A stretch of 47,042 nucleotides of DNA, from NCBI GenBank assembly GCA_003971905.1, contig RSEE01000127.1, positions 124,001-171,042 of the forward strand, written 5' to 3'. The first letter of the stretch is position 1; each line of letters opens with the position of its first letter. The notes below the pieces were generated by a model. The model ran no database searches. It was not told the DNA's origin and saw only the letters and a list, made by a program, of their open reading frames with translations. The stretch is from Moniliella sp. 'wahieum' (taxonomy: Eukaryota). Position numbers and translations under genes: made by a program. Below are positions 14,018 through 26,649 of this stretch, piece by piece.

Positions 14018-15486
14018 GGTGGAGATTATAGGCGAGGGAGGCATTTAAACCAACATGTCTGACATCCGCTTGGATACACATTCAATGGCATTGCTTCTCA
14101 CCTCCTTCAAGTTGGTTGACAACCATCCCCCCTCTCTTTACACTTGCTTGCCTCACGCGACCTCTGTGAGCAGCCGTGGCGGGTTCGGGCCATTGCGTAT
14201 TACAGATTAGCACTTCTCTGCCACCCCATCCACTCTCCCCCTCCGCAGCACCTCTGTTCTTCGCACAAGGACGGGGGTTCACGATGCGTTGCAGCTTTAG
14301 CGTGCTGCATCCGTAAGGCCCAGGTGCGGAGGGCCAAGCGCGGATGCAGTGAGAGTGGGAGAGGCACCACACAGGGATGAAGTAAAACTATACCTGACGG
14401 AAGGAAGAAGGTCACGAGGCAGTTTATGTGCACAACAACTTGCGGTGGCAGGGAGAGGCGCACAGGTACCCGAACGGTCAAAAGCCGTGTCTGGAGAAGG
14501 AATCCTCGACGCACTAGCCGGACCAAGAGGTTGTAGTTATACTACAGAGGTGCGTCGTGCAGAGACGCCGCGGTAGGGCTCCCGCTCCCGGATCAAGCAA
14601 CAGCGGCTCACGACTCGTACGTGTGGGCGTTTTCGAATGTTAGCCTTTTCCGAAAATGCCTTGTTTGGGCGTGGACCCCAGGACCTCTTCATTGCTGCTA
14701 CTTTTGATGCAAATTGGTCTAGTGCTCCCTTCTCCCTTCTCCACGCTTCTGTGTCGTGTCGCCGGCGACCCCGGCCTTGACCCTGCTCGCAGCCCGCTCT
14801 GTTGGCCAATCCATCCTGGTTCTGGGCGTAGGATTCCATGTCATGGTGTGTGCATGATGTGCTAGGCCAAGTTCAAGTCCGGCCAAATGTGCTTCCTCTC
14901 CCTCGGGGACGCACTGCAAGCGCCACAGCCACACTAAACAACTGGCTAATCGGCTGAAAAGCCTTTGGCTCTTTCAACCCCCTCCTCCTCCCTCCTCTTC
15001 CCTCCCTTTCATTCTCTCTCGCCACGACACTCGCCACCTCCACTGCCCATGCACTCTCCCTTCAATATCCGCCAGACGCCGATACGTTCGTGCTGCCCTC
15101 GTCTTGTTACCGCCAACACCGTTAGATACGTGCCACTTATTATATGGGACCTACTATTACTACCATCTGTCCGCCTCAGATGAATTTGCTAGGGCCAGTC
15201 ACTAGTCAGGGAGCAGTCGTACCAGCTGGATAGCCCGTAACGCTTAGAGTAAATGACGTGATCTAGCCTGAGGCCTGAGGAGACAACGCGTTGCAGCGAA
15301 GATCGACACATACGCCAGTGTTTTTTCCTCAGGCCCGTGTCGTTAGGGTGCGGGTTGGTCGTCCGGGAAGTGGCAGCAAATAATACAGAAAGAAACAAAG
15401 GCCGAGAGGGGCTGTAGCGATCAGCCTATAGAAAAGAAACGGAGGATGGACAGGCAGAAAGCAAGAGCAACAGCACCAACAGCAAT

Positions 15487-15538
15487 GGCAAAAAGCAAAG
15501 GCAAAAAGCAAAGGCAAAAAGCAAAGGCAAAAAAAAAA
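15487..15538. repeat. Short tandem repeat (GGCAAAAAGCAAA)x3 followed by an A tract, downstream of the GH79 gene
   Basis: Three exact 13-bp units at 15487-15525, then GGC and an A run. Confidence 0.85.
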
Positions 15539-15795
15539 GGTGTCCCAAACAGTGGAGGGGGGTAACAAGTACATGCGATATTTGTAGTAGGTAAAGATAC
15601 AAAGGTTCATCGCCGACATGAGATCAATACGATCCGATGAAGGACCATGAGGAAGCAACCGAGACGGGATAGGTGCAAGAAGAGGGGGAGGGGACAACCA
15701 CGTCACATCGACAACGCCAGAAGCAAAACCAAGGCTATGGTTGCAGAGCAAGTAGGAAGGATAAAGGCACGGGAAAGACGGGCAGGAATCAACAG

Positions 15796-18700
15796 TCAGC
15801 GGCTGGCCCCGTCGGCCATTGAGCTCCGGCCACGCGCTTGGCGCACTGCATCGCGCGCATTGCGCGGCCACATGCGAGGCGCCTCGCTCGTCGCGCTCAG
15901 ATTGATATTGACCATATCGTACGCCCGGCCGATGGGAAGGCGGAGCCGCCTGGCCTCCCCGCGCCTGGCCGCTGGAGCCGCTGCCCGAGCTTGGGCTTGG
16001 GCCTGGGCTTGGTAGTACTGCGCATAGTACTGGTGGTGGCGTCGTTGTACGCCTCTGGTCCGGGTAATTGCCATGGGAATATCCGTCCGGCGTGGGGTCG
16101 ACGCACCCCTGCCTGCTGCCGATGAAACGGGGTCCGACTGGTCTGCCGATCCGTAGTGCTGCGGCGTACCAGTCGGCATACGCTTGACGATCCGATCGGT
16201 CCGCCGTGTCATGCCGTGCGGGCGCAGGCCGAGAGGCGGAAAACGAGCGAGGACGCTCCGTTCGCGCTGCTTGTCGTGCCACAGCCAGCACCGCATCTCG
16301 CTCATCCTGCCGCCCGGCTGGACGTGCAGACCCCGAGACAGCAGCTGGACTCGCAGCCGCCGCACGCACTTCACGCAACACATCCCGAGTGAACTCCTTC
16401 TCGACGCGTGACGGGATCGGTGCCGCCGCGCCTTGGGAGGAGACCGGGCCGCGGGCGCGGTGAAGGGATCGTCTCAGGCTCGGTTGGCCTCGAGGCCCAG
16501 GTGGGCGGTTGCATGTCAGGTCGCACCTCGGCCAGGTCGACCTCACGAGCTTGCCTCGGCGAGGACGCGAGGCAGCGCTCGACTCGTTCGACAATTCCAC
16601 CCAACCATCGCCAACGCCCCAATGGCCCCCGTACCATCAGCTGAACGCGCTTGGCCGGGGGTTAGGAGCGTGCGGCTGGTCTGTGCCCAGCGCCAGATGC
16701 ATATCCTTGTTGAGGAGCCTGGGATAACGGTGATGGCCGCGCTGCAGGGCTCTGCCCGAATGCGTCGGTGGCTGAGAGGGTGGTTGTACGACACGTACGC
16801 TGGATCAGCCCGCACATCGTACCCCGAGAACCTTGGTTTGACCCATACCCGCCCCTTTGGGCGCCTCCATCGTACCGCGATCAGGGTACGAGCCGTACCC
16901 CTCGCCATAGGATGGGTAGCCTTGATTTGGGTCGTAGCCTTGAGAAGTGCCGCGTAAGCTTGTCTGCCTGGTTGGAAGACGGTGGTGTTGAGCCCAAGCC
17001 GCCTCGTCGTACCCATATGGCTCTTGCCGCCCACGTGGCGAGTCAAAACGTGTCCGCCGACTGGGAAGGCTGATGAGCAAAACCTGCCTTGACTCGGGAA
17101 ACTCCCATTGGGTCCTTCTCCATCTCGCTCATCGTCGTTCGCGACATCTTCTTGCTATGCGCACGGGCATATTCGTACCCAGCCGCCGCAGCCGCCGCAC
17201 TGGCCGATGGACCCCACCGCGGCCGCTCCGACATGGCGTACCCATTCATCAGGCGCTCTTGACTGGGCGAAGCGAGGTTGCTCCTACCGCCATACCCACC
17301 GGGGGCAGTGAGGCCATCTCCTCCCGCATTGGCTTTGCCGCGACCAGTCCGCCCCCCTTGCCACCTGCCACAGCCGCCTCGAGCTCCCTAGCGCGGCGAC
17401 GCTTGCGCATACACGCCACAAGAACGATAACCGCGATGATGGCCAACAACCCACCACCACCACCGCACCCAGCTGCAATTGCAATCACGGCCGTCTTGGA
17501 GAGAGAGTGGGAGTGGGAAACCGAACCGGTAAAGCCAGAGTTGGTAGTATTGCCCGAGCCGGTAGGGCCATTGGCAGCGGTGGAACCATTACCAACGCAT
17601 AGGCTCTTGGATCCATCGTCACCCCCCAGTACGACATTCAGATTGGCAACCACTGCCATGCTGTCCGCCACAGTCACACTTAGAGTCCCATCGGGACCAA
17701 CTGTAACCTTTGTTGGGCTTGGGTACTGTTGACCAGATTCGGCTTGCCCGTCCCGCTCGACTCGTACTCAATTCCATTCCACGTTGTGTTGGTGGTGGAG
17801 GTGGAGAGAGGGGGAGAGTGTGGAAAGGAAAAATGTTTTCCCTTTCAAATTGGGAACAGACACGGAAAAGCTCACTGTGGGAGTCGATTGGCGTTTTACA
17901 CGCTCGGAGAAAGATCGGAGCGGCGTTGCGGCGGCGCAACAGTAGTATCGGGACCAGTGGGGTTCGAGTTGATAACACAATGCTCTGTAGCGTGTTGCGA
18001 CGGTACACACCGTATGCCGCCAAACGATTGCTATAGGCAGCCGGCACATTGCTGAGTTGCAACAGGGCAAAATTGGTGTTGCACCCGGTCCCCAGCTGGC
18101 CAATGGCAGCAAAGGCATAGTAGGACGAGCGTACATGAGGGCCCACGCCATTCTGCACATTAGGTTGCCAAGGCGAGCCAAACGAGTTGTCGGTCATGTG
18201 GATCTGCACACTCGACACACCCACCGTAGAGGCAAAAAGGAAAAATTCAGTGTCCACAGCGTGTTGGCTGTTACGCTCACAAGTTAGCATCCCGCCCTCC
18301 TAGTCACTAAGAGAAGAGATGAACGCACCAAAGGTATCGCTGATGCCTTGGATGCCCGTTGGCCCCACCGATCCCATTTCGCGAAGAAAGTAGGCCTTGC
18401 CGGACTGATTCGCTTGTTGCACTTGGCTGGTCCACTCGGTGAACTGCTGAGTCGTCGTTGGCAGATTGAGCAACCGGTCAATGGTGAGTTTGAAATTGGA
18501 TACATCCGAATAGTCTGTGGTCATGAAAAACTGGGTCAGCACAGACATAGACGAGAGCAGAGCCGAACATACAGTAGTAGTCATGACCATTCCAACCCCG
18601 CAGATACTGTCCATTCGCAAGCGACACCAGTGCTCATCAGGTTTGGCGATACGGTAGCATGACCGGACTTTGTCGCGGTCGTGGCTGTGCAGGCGGCTTC

Positions 18701-19426
18701 AAACATGTCCTGGCGCATTTTCAGTGGCTTGAGTACCTGCTGGTACACAGCATCCACTTAGCGATCCACTCATTGCCATAGTCGGTGGTAGTCCAGGACG
18801 AAGGGCGGTAGTTATTGACAATGTAGAGATCGGGTTCGTTCCCCACCTCGAGCGAATTGACCTGAACGTTCTTCAGCGAGTCCAACAAGGACTGTGCTTG
18901 GGTCACTGCGCGGGAGATGGAGTCGTTGCCATTGTAAGCGAGATTGATGCCAAAGGTAATGGGTGTGCTCCTGGGGAAGTTGTCAATCGCAGCATAGTAC
19001 CCAGGGCCATAAATCCAACTGTCGGTTTTGGACCCAGGGTTGCAGGACCATTGGCGTTGGGTTGCTCACAATGCCGAGCGAGGCGTTGGAAGGATCGTAG
19101 AGCATATTTGTCCCCACTGTTGCCACCACACGGATGTGAGGGGGGGCGCCCATGTACTTGGCAATGTTGCCCAAAAGCTGATTGCTGAGTGCGTTGGGGC
19201 ATCGATGCCGGTAAAGGAGGAGGTTACTGGGTTCGATTCCCACACCCATGAAGGTAGCGTCCAGCAGAGGCGACACGCCGGATGCCATGCCTTTGATGGT
19301 CGCGGCGGCGTGAGGTGACCTGAGCGGCGGCGAGTGCTGGCAGGAGGCGAGAAGCGCGGCGGTGGCGACCGGGAGGCGGCGTCGCCGCCGCGGAGGCCGA
19401 GGGCGCGCACGCTGGTTGCGATGCAT
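15796..19426 (-). CDS. Glycoside hydrolase family 79 (beta-glucuronidase-like) protein with a C-terminal TM helix and long cytoplasmic tail
   Basis: FMGVGIEPSN, PHIRVGGNSGD, LEVGNEPDLY (acid/base Glu, ~18835), YFLREMGS (nucleophile Glu, ~18380), GISDTF|ANTLWTLNF (intron ~18269-18329) and YYAFAAIG. These are followed by a Ser/Thr/Gly linker, the TM segment AVIAIAAGCGGGGGLLAIIAVIVLVACMRKRRR (~17495-17395), and low-complexity coding-like sequence to ~15796. Frameshifts present. Confidence 0.88.
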
Positions 19427-21861
19427 GGGATGGATGGAGAGAGTGGAGGGGAGGAGGAGGACCAGCAGGCAGCAGCCAGCCAAGTGTGGCAGGGTGGTGG
19501 GCGGCTGCGACGGGCGAAGGCGGTGTGGGCGACAGGGACGGGCAGAGGGCAGAGGACAGATAGGATGAGGGGGTGGGGGCAGGCGGGCGCGGACGCCCCA
19601 CGGAAACTCCAACTTCCACCGCGGGCCGCAGCCCAGTGTTGCCATTTCACCTGAAAACTCTGCACGGCACCGCCTCGCCTGCGCTGCTGCCCCTCCCCGC
19701 CGGACAGCGGCACAGCGGCTGAACGCAGCCCGACGGCGTGCTGCGGGGTGCACGCGACACTGCCCCCCGTCGTCTGGCTGGGTGATCTACTGCGCTCACC
19801 GCCGTCCTGCCTGTGTGATCTGCATGCATCACCACGCAGGGTGCCGCGGGATGCCGCAGGATGCAGCTGAGCGTGCTGATGCACTGATGCACGGATGCGG
19901 GCCGACGCAGGACCGCCGACGCCCGACGACGCCAGCTCTAGCCGAGACGGGCAAGAGTACGGCTTGCCCTGCAGGCGTGTGGTCTGGTGCCTGGTGCCAG
20001 CGCGGACTCAGGCCGCCCCCGAGCCCCAGCACTTGTCACAGCCCCCGTCTAGGCTGAATTTGAATGTTGAATGTCAGATCTCAGACGTAGAGACGATACA
20101 CAGTCCGCACCACATCCTCCGCCCCCCGCCTATCCAGCAGGCCGCAGCGCAGTGCCTGCCTCCACCCACCCTTGCGTCGTCTGTGTGCGCAGACCATCAT
20201 CCACCTTCTACCCACTGTACCAGCGCAGATGGGGCGACCGTGAGCCGTAGAATTCAACCGTGTCGATGGTTGACTTGCACGCCATTCCGCTTCGCTATAC
20301 CCAAAAGGGCAAGCGCCCATATGGGCGCAACATTCCCAGCCAGAACAGGCAGCCACGCCCGCAGAAAGAACCAGCCGGATGGCTGCTGTTGCCATCAAGC
20401 GACGCTTTGTGGGCCACACAGGGAGGGACAGTGTCAAATGAGGTGTGTACTCTGAAATCAGACCACCTCAGATCTCCGATTCCGATGCAAGAGTCTTTAT
20501 AGCGCATTTCTCCCCGGGAAAAGGCACATGCATGCGTATCCATGGGCGCACTCTATATGCTACGGACTTCCGCAGAAGCATTGCCGTCATCCCATGTGAT
20601 GCATGATGCCACAAGAGTGGGAGGTAGTGCTAGGGTTCGGCTCCGAAGTTGATCGGTGATGCTCTCCTATATAGCCAGCGGGCGGAAGCATTCCACTCGC
20701 AGTAGGATGCGCATGCCTTGCTCGCTCCATCTCCTGCTCTCTCCCATCTCCTCTTCCCTTCTGACGTTGCTTTACGACTTGTGGCTCACCACATTGCGCT
20801 TACGCTTTGTCTTACGAAGAAGACTGCTTTGCAGCTGAGCCATCGCTGATCCCGTCGGATCTGACAGGAGGCTAACAAGGCCCCCATATATACCCTTTCT
20901 TTTCATCCGTAGATCCAAACCGGCGAATGCGACAACAACGCCAAGGATGCGTAAGTAGTAGTTTGAAGGCAGGCATAACATGGGAAACGTGTGAATACAG
21001 GGGAAAAGTCTTGCTGGACATGATTTTCTTCGCGGGTCCTCAGCCACATGGGTACGAATTGTGTACGCATCAGCTGCATCACTATTGTCTCTCTTGTAAA
21101 GAAGTTCTATAGGCAAGTGTTTGTTTGCAACACGTATGCACAGGAGCGTTTAGTAGATTCAACGGGCGAAGGTCACTAATAAGCCAGCACAACAAGAATA
21201 TTCCGATGATTCAGCATGGCAAGGAGTCAACCATGCTGTGAATGGTTATAAAAAATGTGCGGGAAATCTAAACCATTGAAGACAAGTCAGTGGCTCTTCT
21301 CCAGGATGGAGGGGGGATGATAGATGATAGGGATTGGGGACGGAGAGAATGAGGAGGGCAAGGCAGCGTAAAGGGGCAGCGTAGGAGAAAGAGGGAGAGA
21401 AGGACATATATAGACGGCAAGCATAAGCCACAGCAATCTCAATGGTCCATTTGTAATGGTTAAGGAAAGCCAGGACACGTTTCGCCGTGCGTGGTCAAAA
21501 AATCCCCCAAGCAGGAGTGAAGACATAGCAGAACCTAAGGGCCCTGTGCCCATCGCAACGAGAAAAACGCATCCGACTTTGTCACTGTCGACGAGGATAC
21601 CTTCTTTTGTCAAGCGCATTTGGCGTATTGCCCATACATACGGGGGAGGGGCGGGCGCCCTGCCAGCGTCTTCCTGGCGCTGTGGCTGTTCGCCTCTTCC
21701 CGATGGGTATGCGAATCGGCGAAAGTCATTGGCCGAGTTTCCTTTCGCGGGCTTGGTTCCAGCGGAGGGGGGACAAGTCTTAATAATTGGGAGCCTGAGG
21801 CAGAGTCGAAGACGATAAAGACTGGTAACCCATCAAAAAGTCCCGCGTGGCAAGAGGCAGT

Positions 21862-23496
21862 TTATCGAGTAAAGTCTCGACCCATAAAGGCCGTAACACC
21901 TCGGAAGCAGTCCTCACACTTTACATCGTCCGCTAAAATGGAAGGCAATACGTCCCACGAGATATGGGGCGGCATATTGTCCCGCACGAGCTGGGCCATT
22001 TCCTGATGGGCACGGGAGATGTGGGACCCGAGGCATCCGCGCAGCTTGGTGTGGAACCCTCGGCAAAAGGGACAAACCAGTTCATCCTGCAGCGGTCGAG
22101 GATTGTGAGTCGCCTCATGTCGCACCATCCGCGCCAGAGCAATCCACCGGTCGCACTCTTTACATTGGACCTTATCAAATGGCCCTACCTCCTCCGGGTC
22201 AATGTCCGTTTTGGTCTTCTTGTATGCCGGTTCGTCCACCAATGTGGGCTCGGGGCTCGCTTCTGTCCACTTGACTCTGGGGGCTCAAGCAAAGGTCCAC
22301 TCCCAAGCACAGATGGTACGAGCGGAGGTGCGCCCGCGGGTTCCCTTGGGTATGTTGGCCCTAACAATACCATCGGCCCCATTGGGGGCGGCGCCGGTGG
22401 AAATGAGCCGGAATAAGAAGGAAAGGGGGGCGGAAAGGGAGGCGGGTAGAGGGGAGATGGGAAGGTGTATGCCGCTTGTGGTGGAGCTAGCTGGTTGTGA
22501 GGAGAAACTGGAGACTGAGGATTTACTTCTTTCTTCTTTCCGTTCTCCCTCTTATGTGCGGGAGAAATCACGGGTGCTTCGCCTGCCTGGAGCGTGCTTG
22601 TGTCCAGTGTACCGCCCGAAAAGAATTTAGGGTGCTTGTTGCGCGTATGCCAAACCATCCGGGCACGACAGATGTGCCGTCCGCATATTTCACATGAGAT
22701 CCTTTCGTAAGGATCGAGTGTTTCTTCTGTCGATGCAGAGATGGCCTCGGCCTTGGCCTCGGTCTTGGCCTTGGCTTTGGCCTCGGCCTTAGCTTTAGCT
22801 GGATTTTTGCATTTTTCATTGACTGCCGCTTCCTTGCCTTTGCCTTTGGCTTTGCCGTTGACCTTGTCACGGGTTTTCCGTGCCTTGTACCGGGCCGCCA
22901 CTCGTCTTGCGTGCGCGCCTCGTGCCACTCCATTCCTCATCGTCGTCCTGATCGACATCAAACTCAAACTCATCCAGTTCCCTCTCGGCCGATGAATTGG
23001 CCTCGGACTCGGCGGCGGGGTGCACATCGTCTCTTCCGGATGCACGTTGTTTTCTTCCGTAATTGAAGCGAGGTACAAGGATCGTCGCTCGCGACTGCGA
23101 GGCTTGGGAGCAGGTTCCTGCTCACTGCGATCGGGGTCCACCAAAGCGTCGCTATTGGCTTCGTTCTTGGCTGCGCGGCGCGAGCCGCGTCGGCCGCTTG
23201 TTCCACCCGTTCACCACTGGTTTCATCCCCCTGGTTGAGCGGTTCCCCATCAGCGCTGGTGCTACTACTGCCACTGCTGGTGCTGCGCGGGCGCGGGCGG
23301 GTGGGATGGTCACGGCCAAAGCGTTGGACCAGGCGGAACTCCTCGGCCAGGACGGCCTCGATGGGCCAGTTGTCCAAGGCGGCAGGAGGCACCGCGGGCC
23401 AGACCCAGCGGTGAGCAGCAAACTTGCTCCGCAACTTACGGCGGCCCGCAGGAGCGTGTCGAGCTGGGCGAGGGTCAAGGCGGTGCGCGGGGGCAT
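21862..23496 (-). CDS. Multi C2H2-type zinc finger protein; degenerate fingers may extend to ~20800
   Basis: CEICGRHICRARMVWHTRNKH, CKECDRWIALARMVRHEATH, CPFCRGFHTKLRGCLGSHISRAH and CEDC. Also an acidic patch, AKAKAE repeats and a Pro-rich linker. Candidate ATG 23496 (MPPRTALTLAQLD), with a minus-strand TATAAAA at ~23606-23613. Confidence 0.7.
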
Positions 23497-24684
23497 GGCA
23501 CCAGCTGTTGGGTGCAGGCGCAGCTGGATCACCCAATCACGTCGCGGCGGATGGTGGCACAGAGCCAAGCCGCCCGGCCTTGCAACCAGAATGCAGGTTT
23601 CTATTTTTTTATAGACGTGGCCCAGCTTGGTCCTCGGGCGCTGGCAGAGGGCGAGCCTGGCGGTCGGTCTACACTCCGATCGGGCGGACCGGGCGAAGCT
23701 TCGATCCAGCCCCCTTACGCAGCAGCCACGCGCTGTGCTCGTAGCACGCGCAGCACGCCGCTTCCCTCCGCCCAGAACCCCCTCGTGCTTCCCTCCCTGT
23801 CCTTCCTCGGCAGAGGCCACGGAAGCGGATTAGCGTTCGCGCTTGCATCTACGCCGCTCTATATTGGCCGCTCCAATTATTAAAAGAGAGGGGAATCAAA
23901 GCTCACCCGTTCACCCGTGCCACTCCACTCCACTCCCGCCCCCCCCGATCTCTCGATCCCGAGTCGGCGCGTTTCCAAAATTACCGCAGCCACAGAAGAG
24001 AGATACGTCCCCTCCCCCCCAATGCTCGCTCTCACGTCCAGACCCCGTTTGACGCCCCCACACACCATCGAATTAAGAAGCCAATGGTGCCGCTTTTGTG
24101 CTCTTTTCCCTGGGGGCCTCTCTCAGTTCCTCTCTATACTACTGAGGCTGCTTGGGGGGGTAAATCGGGTGTAGCGCGAGTAGAGACACATGGGGTTAAT
24201 GTGATGATGTGACCACTCAGATATCCGGCTCGGTCTTCCCCCTGGCCACTGCACACTAACAGCTTCTTAGTCGTTCTGGTGTGGCGATATGGTACCTCGT
24301 GTCGTCATGTGGTTAGGGGGGGAGTGTCAGAGGCCGGCCCCGCCGGGGGGCTCACGCAGGTTTGTGGGGTACAATCCCGTCGGAGACGGAAGGACAACTA
24401 GCGGTGGCTTCGGCCTTGGGTTAGTAATAGTCCCTGGATCCGAGCGGAGCCAGGGACGAGGAGCGGCCTTTGGGCGTGAAGCCAAGCAGCTACACGTGCG
24501 GCAAGGCTGCGTACTATGCACCTGCTTGGGCCGTACTAATGCGTCTGAAGCCTCCGGAGCTTAGGGTCGGGTATAGGTAAATAGTGGAGGACAAACACTG
24601 TCAGAGCTGAGGTTGAACAGGGGCGGCTGTCGACGTGGTTGGAGAGAGGATACACGCAATAAACTGGTACGGGGAAAAATCGGA

Positions 24685-24970
24685 GGTTGAAGGAAGGCTC
24701 GCGCGACAGAGAGGATGGAAAAAGCTGGGGGACGAGGTTGGAAGACGATAGAAGGCAGCTATGTGGCCTGTACTTCAAAGAGGGGTTGGTTGCCGCAACA
24801 GGCGCAACAGAGAAGGACAGTGTAAGTGGTGACGGGGCGACGGTCGTCGTCGCAAAGATACCGGACTGATACTTGATGGCCTCATTTAGACCAACCGACT
24901 TCGACTTGAGCGGGGGAATATTGTCGTGCATGTGCGTGGCCACTAGGGCCACCGTATATGGTTTGACCAA
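24685..24970. repeat. Diverged dispersed repeat, copy 1 (homologous to 46395-46840)
   Basis: Collinear exact blocks shared with copy 2: TGAAGGAAGGCT (24688/46397), GACGAGGTTGGAAGACG (24731/46438), GTGGTGACGGGGCGAC (24826/46691) and TTTAGACCAA (24885/46744). Confidence 0.85.
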
Positions 24971-26649
24971 CCATCATCAAACTCGGTTGGACTTCGGAGC
25001 GGGATCTATTGGGCATGTGGAGAGCAGGCGCAGGCCTTCGCTTGGATCAGACGATCTCTCATATGCAACGCAACCCCTAACAGGTACTATAGAACGGATC
25101 TGTTGGGTACATGCCCATATGTGGCGCTCTTCAATCCGTCAGAACGAGAAGCTGGGAAAGATGGCTGAAAAGAACAGAAGGGACATTCTGTAGAAGGCTG
25201 CCACAGCAACAACTGAATGAGACGCAGTTCTTGTCTCATATATCTTCCATGTGTTCCGTTTTTGAGGGGGCTCCTTTGCTATAGTGATGGCCACCATAGA
25301 AGCCCTGAATTCTTGTTGATGCGCTGCCAGGATAATGTGTATGCGTACAGTCGACATGGAGGCCAGCTGCGCTGCTGAGGAAGGGACGTACAGCATATTA
25401 CCCTATAATAGTCGTATAGTCGAGCTGGAAGCGGATAAACTGTATTATTCAAGATTTGGTTCATCCCCTTCGTCTGCATAATGACTCTTCCGTGGTAGAC
25501 CCCCATCTGCCCAAACTTATTGGCAACAGTGGGCAACGAGAGATGGCTGGCGAAACTTCCACTTAAAAGGGTGGCCAGTGATGACGGAGTGGCTGAATTA
25601 GTCAGCAACGCTCCTCTTTTCGTTCATGTAAACTAGCGTGCAGTATTATAGGGAGACGAAAGATGGCGAGTTGGCAGAAGAACAATCAAACAGGTTGTGA
25701 TGAAGATGACATTATCTTCACGACGGGTCGGAGCTACTGTTGTTGCATGTAAGATGAATGGAGAGGCCCGACCATCAGAGGCCAGGGACACAAACGAGGC
25801 AATGAGAAGCCAGAACAACGTGAAACCAACAATGTGTCAGGTGTAAGTGTTTTTGGGGTCCGCAAAAGGGGCGGTTACTGCTTGGCTTGATCCAAAACTT
25901 TCTTGGCTGTGTCCTTGGTATTAGAACAATCGAGGGATGCGAAGCTGATCTTTTCTCTACAGCTCTAGCTGCTCCTTTTCTTCGATATGTACATGATTGC
26001 GAAATCACACGCGCAATGCCGGTAGCTCTTTCCTTGATTTGCGCGGCTTTTCAATCCAGCAGGCTACGTCCTTCCACAGATGCACTCTTCCCCATGCTGT
26101 CTCCACCCTCCATCCAGACGCCGTTTGAGTACAGAATACTGGTCATGGTGTCAAACAACGACATTGAAGGTCTCGCATTTCTCGCAGCCTTTAGTTCTCA
26201 TGACCACATCCACAAAGGCCCGAGGCCAAGGCATTTTCCGTGTCAGCACTCCATCGTCGCTCTCACCTCAATAACTCACTACTGTACCATTTCCGATGCC
26301 GTCTCTGGCGTCTCTTCCCCCACCGGCAGCTCAATACGTTCACGGTAGAGTATGTGTTGTCTCCAACACAGCTGGGCATCTGCCTCCTGTTGGCTGTAGC
26401 TGTCATTCCCGATTCAACAGTCAGACCCCATCTCACTTAAGCCAGCCTTTGTCCAGTGCAGACATATTCACTCCCCTTTTGCACCTATCCCACCCCAACC
26501 TGCTCTCTGCCGCTAACTAACACGCAACTGGTTGTCAGTCAGAATCAAAAGCCGATCGCCTATCAACTCCCTCGACCTAGAGAATCGTGACCAGTTACAG
26601 CCATTCCGATGGGTTGTCGCATGGAACAAGCATACCACCAAACCTGAGC

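Noticed and set aside
14082..14934. Short ORFs between SMD1 and the GH79 gene
   Set aside because: No motifs, no consistent strand and no clear splice structure, so not supportable as a gene.
19228..19242. TGGG-TTCGATT-CCCA, a perfect tRNA T-arm/B-box mimic
   Set aside because: It lies antisense within the GH79 coding sequence (GVGIEPS), and no acceptor stem, D-arm or anticodon arm can be built around it.
24131..24141. TCTATACTA recurring at ~24133, ~35426 and ~47018 near GGTTAGGG-like or G-rich sequence
   Set aside because: The matches are only 9-10 bp with no collinear flanking similarity and cannot be distinguished from chance by eye.
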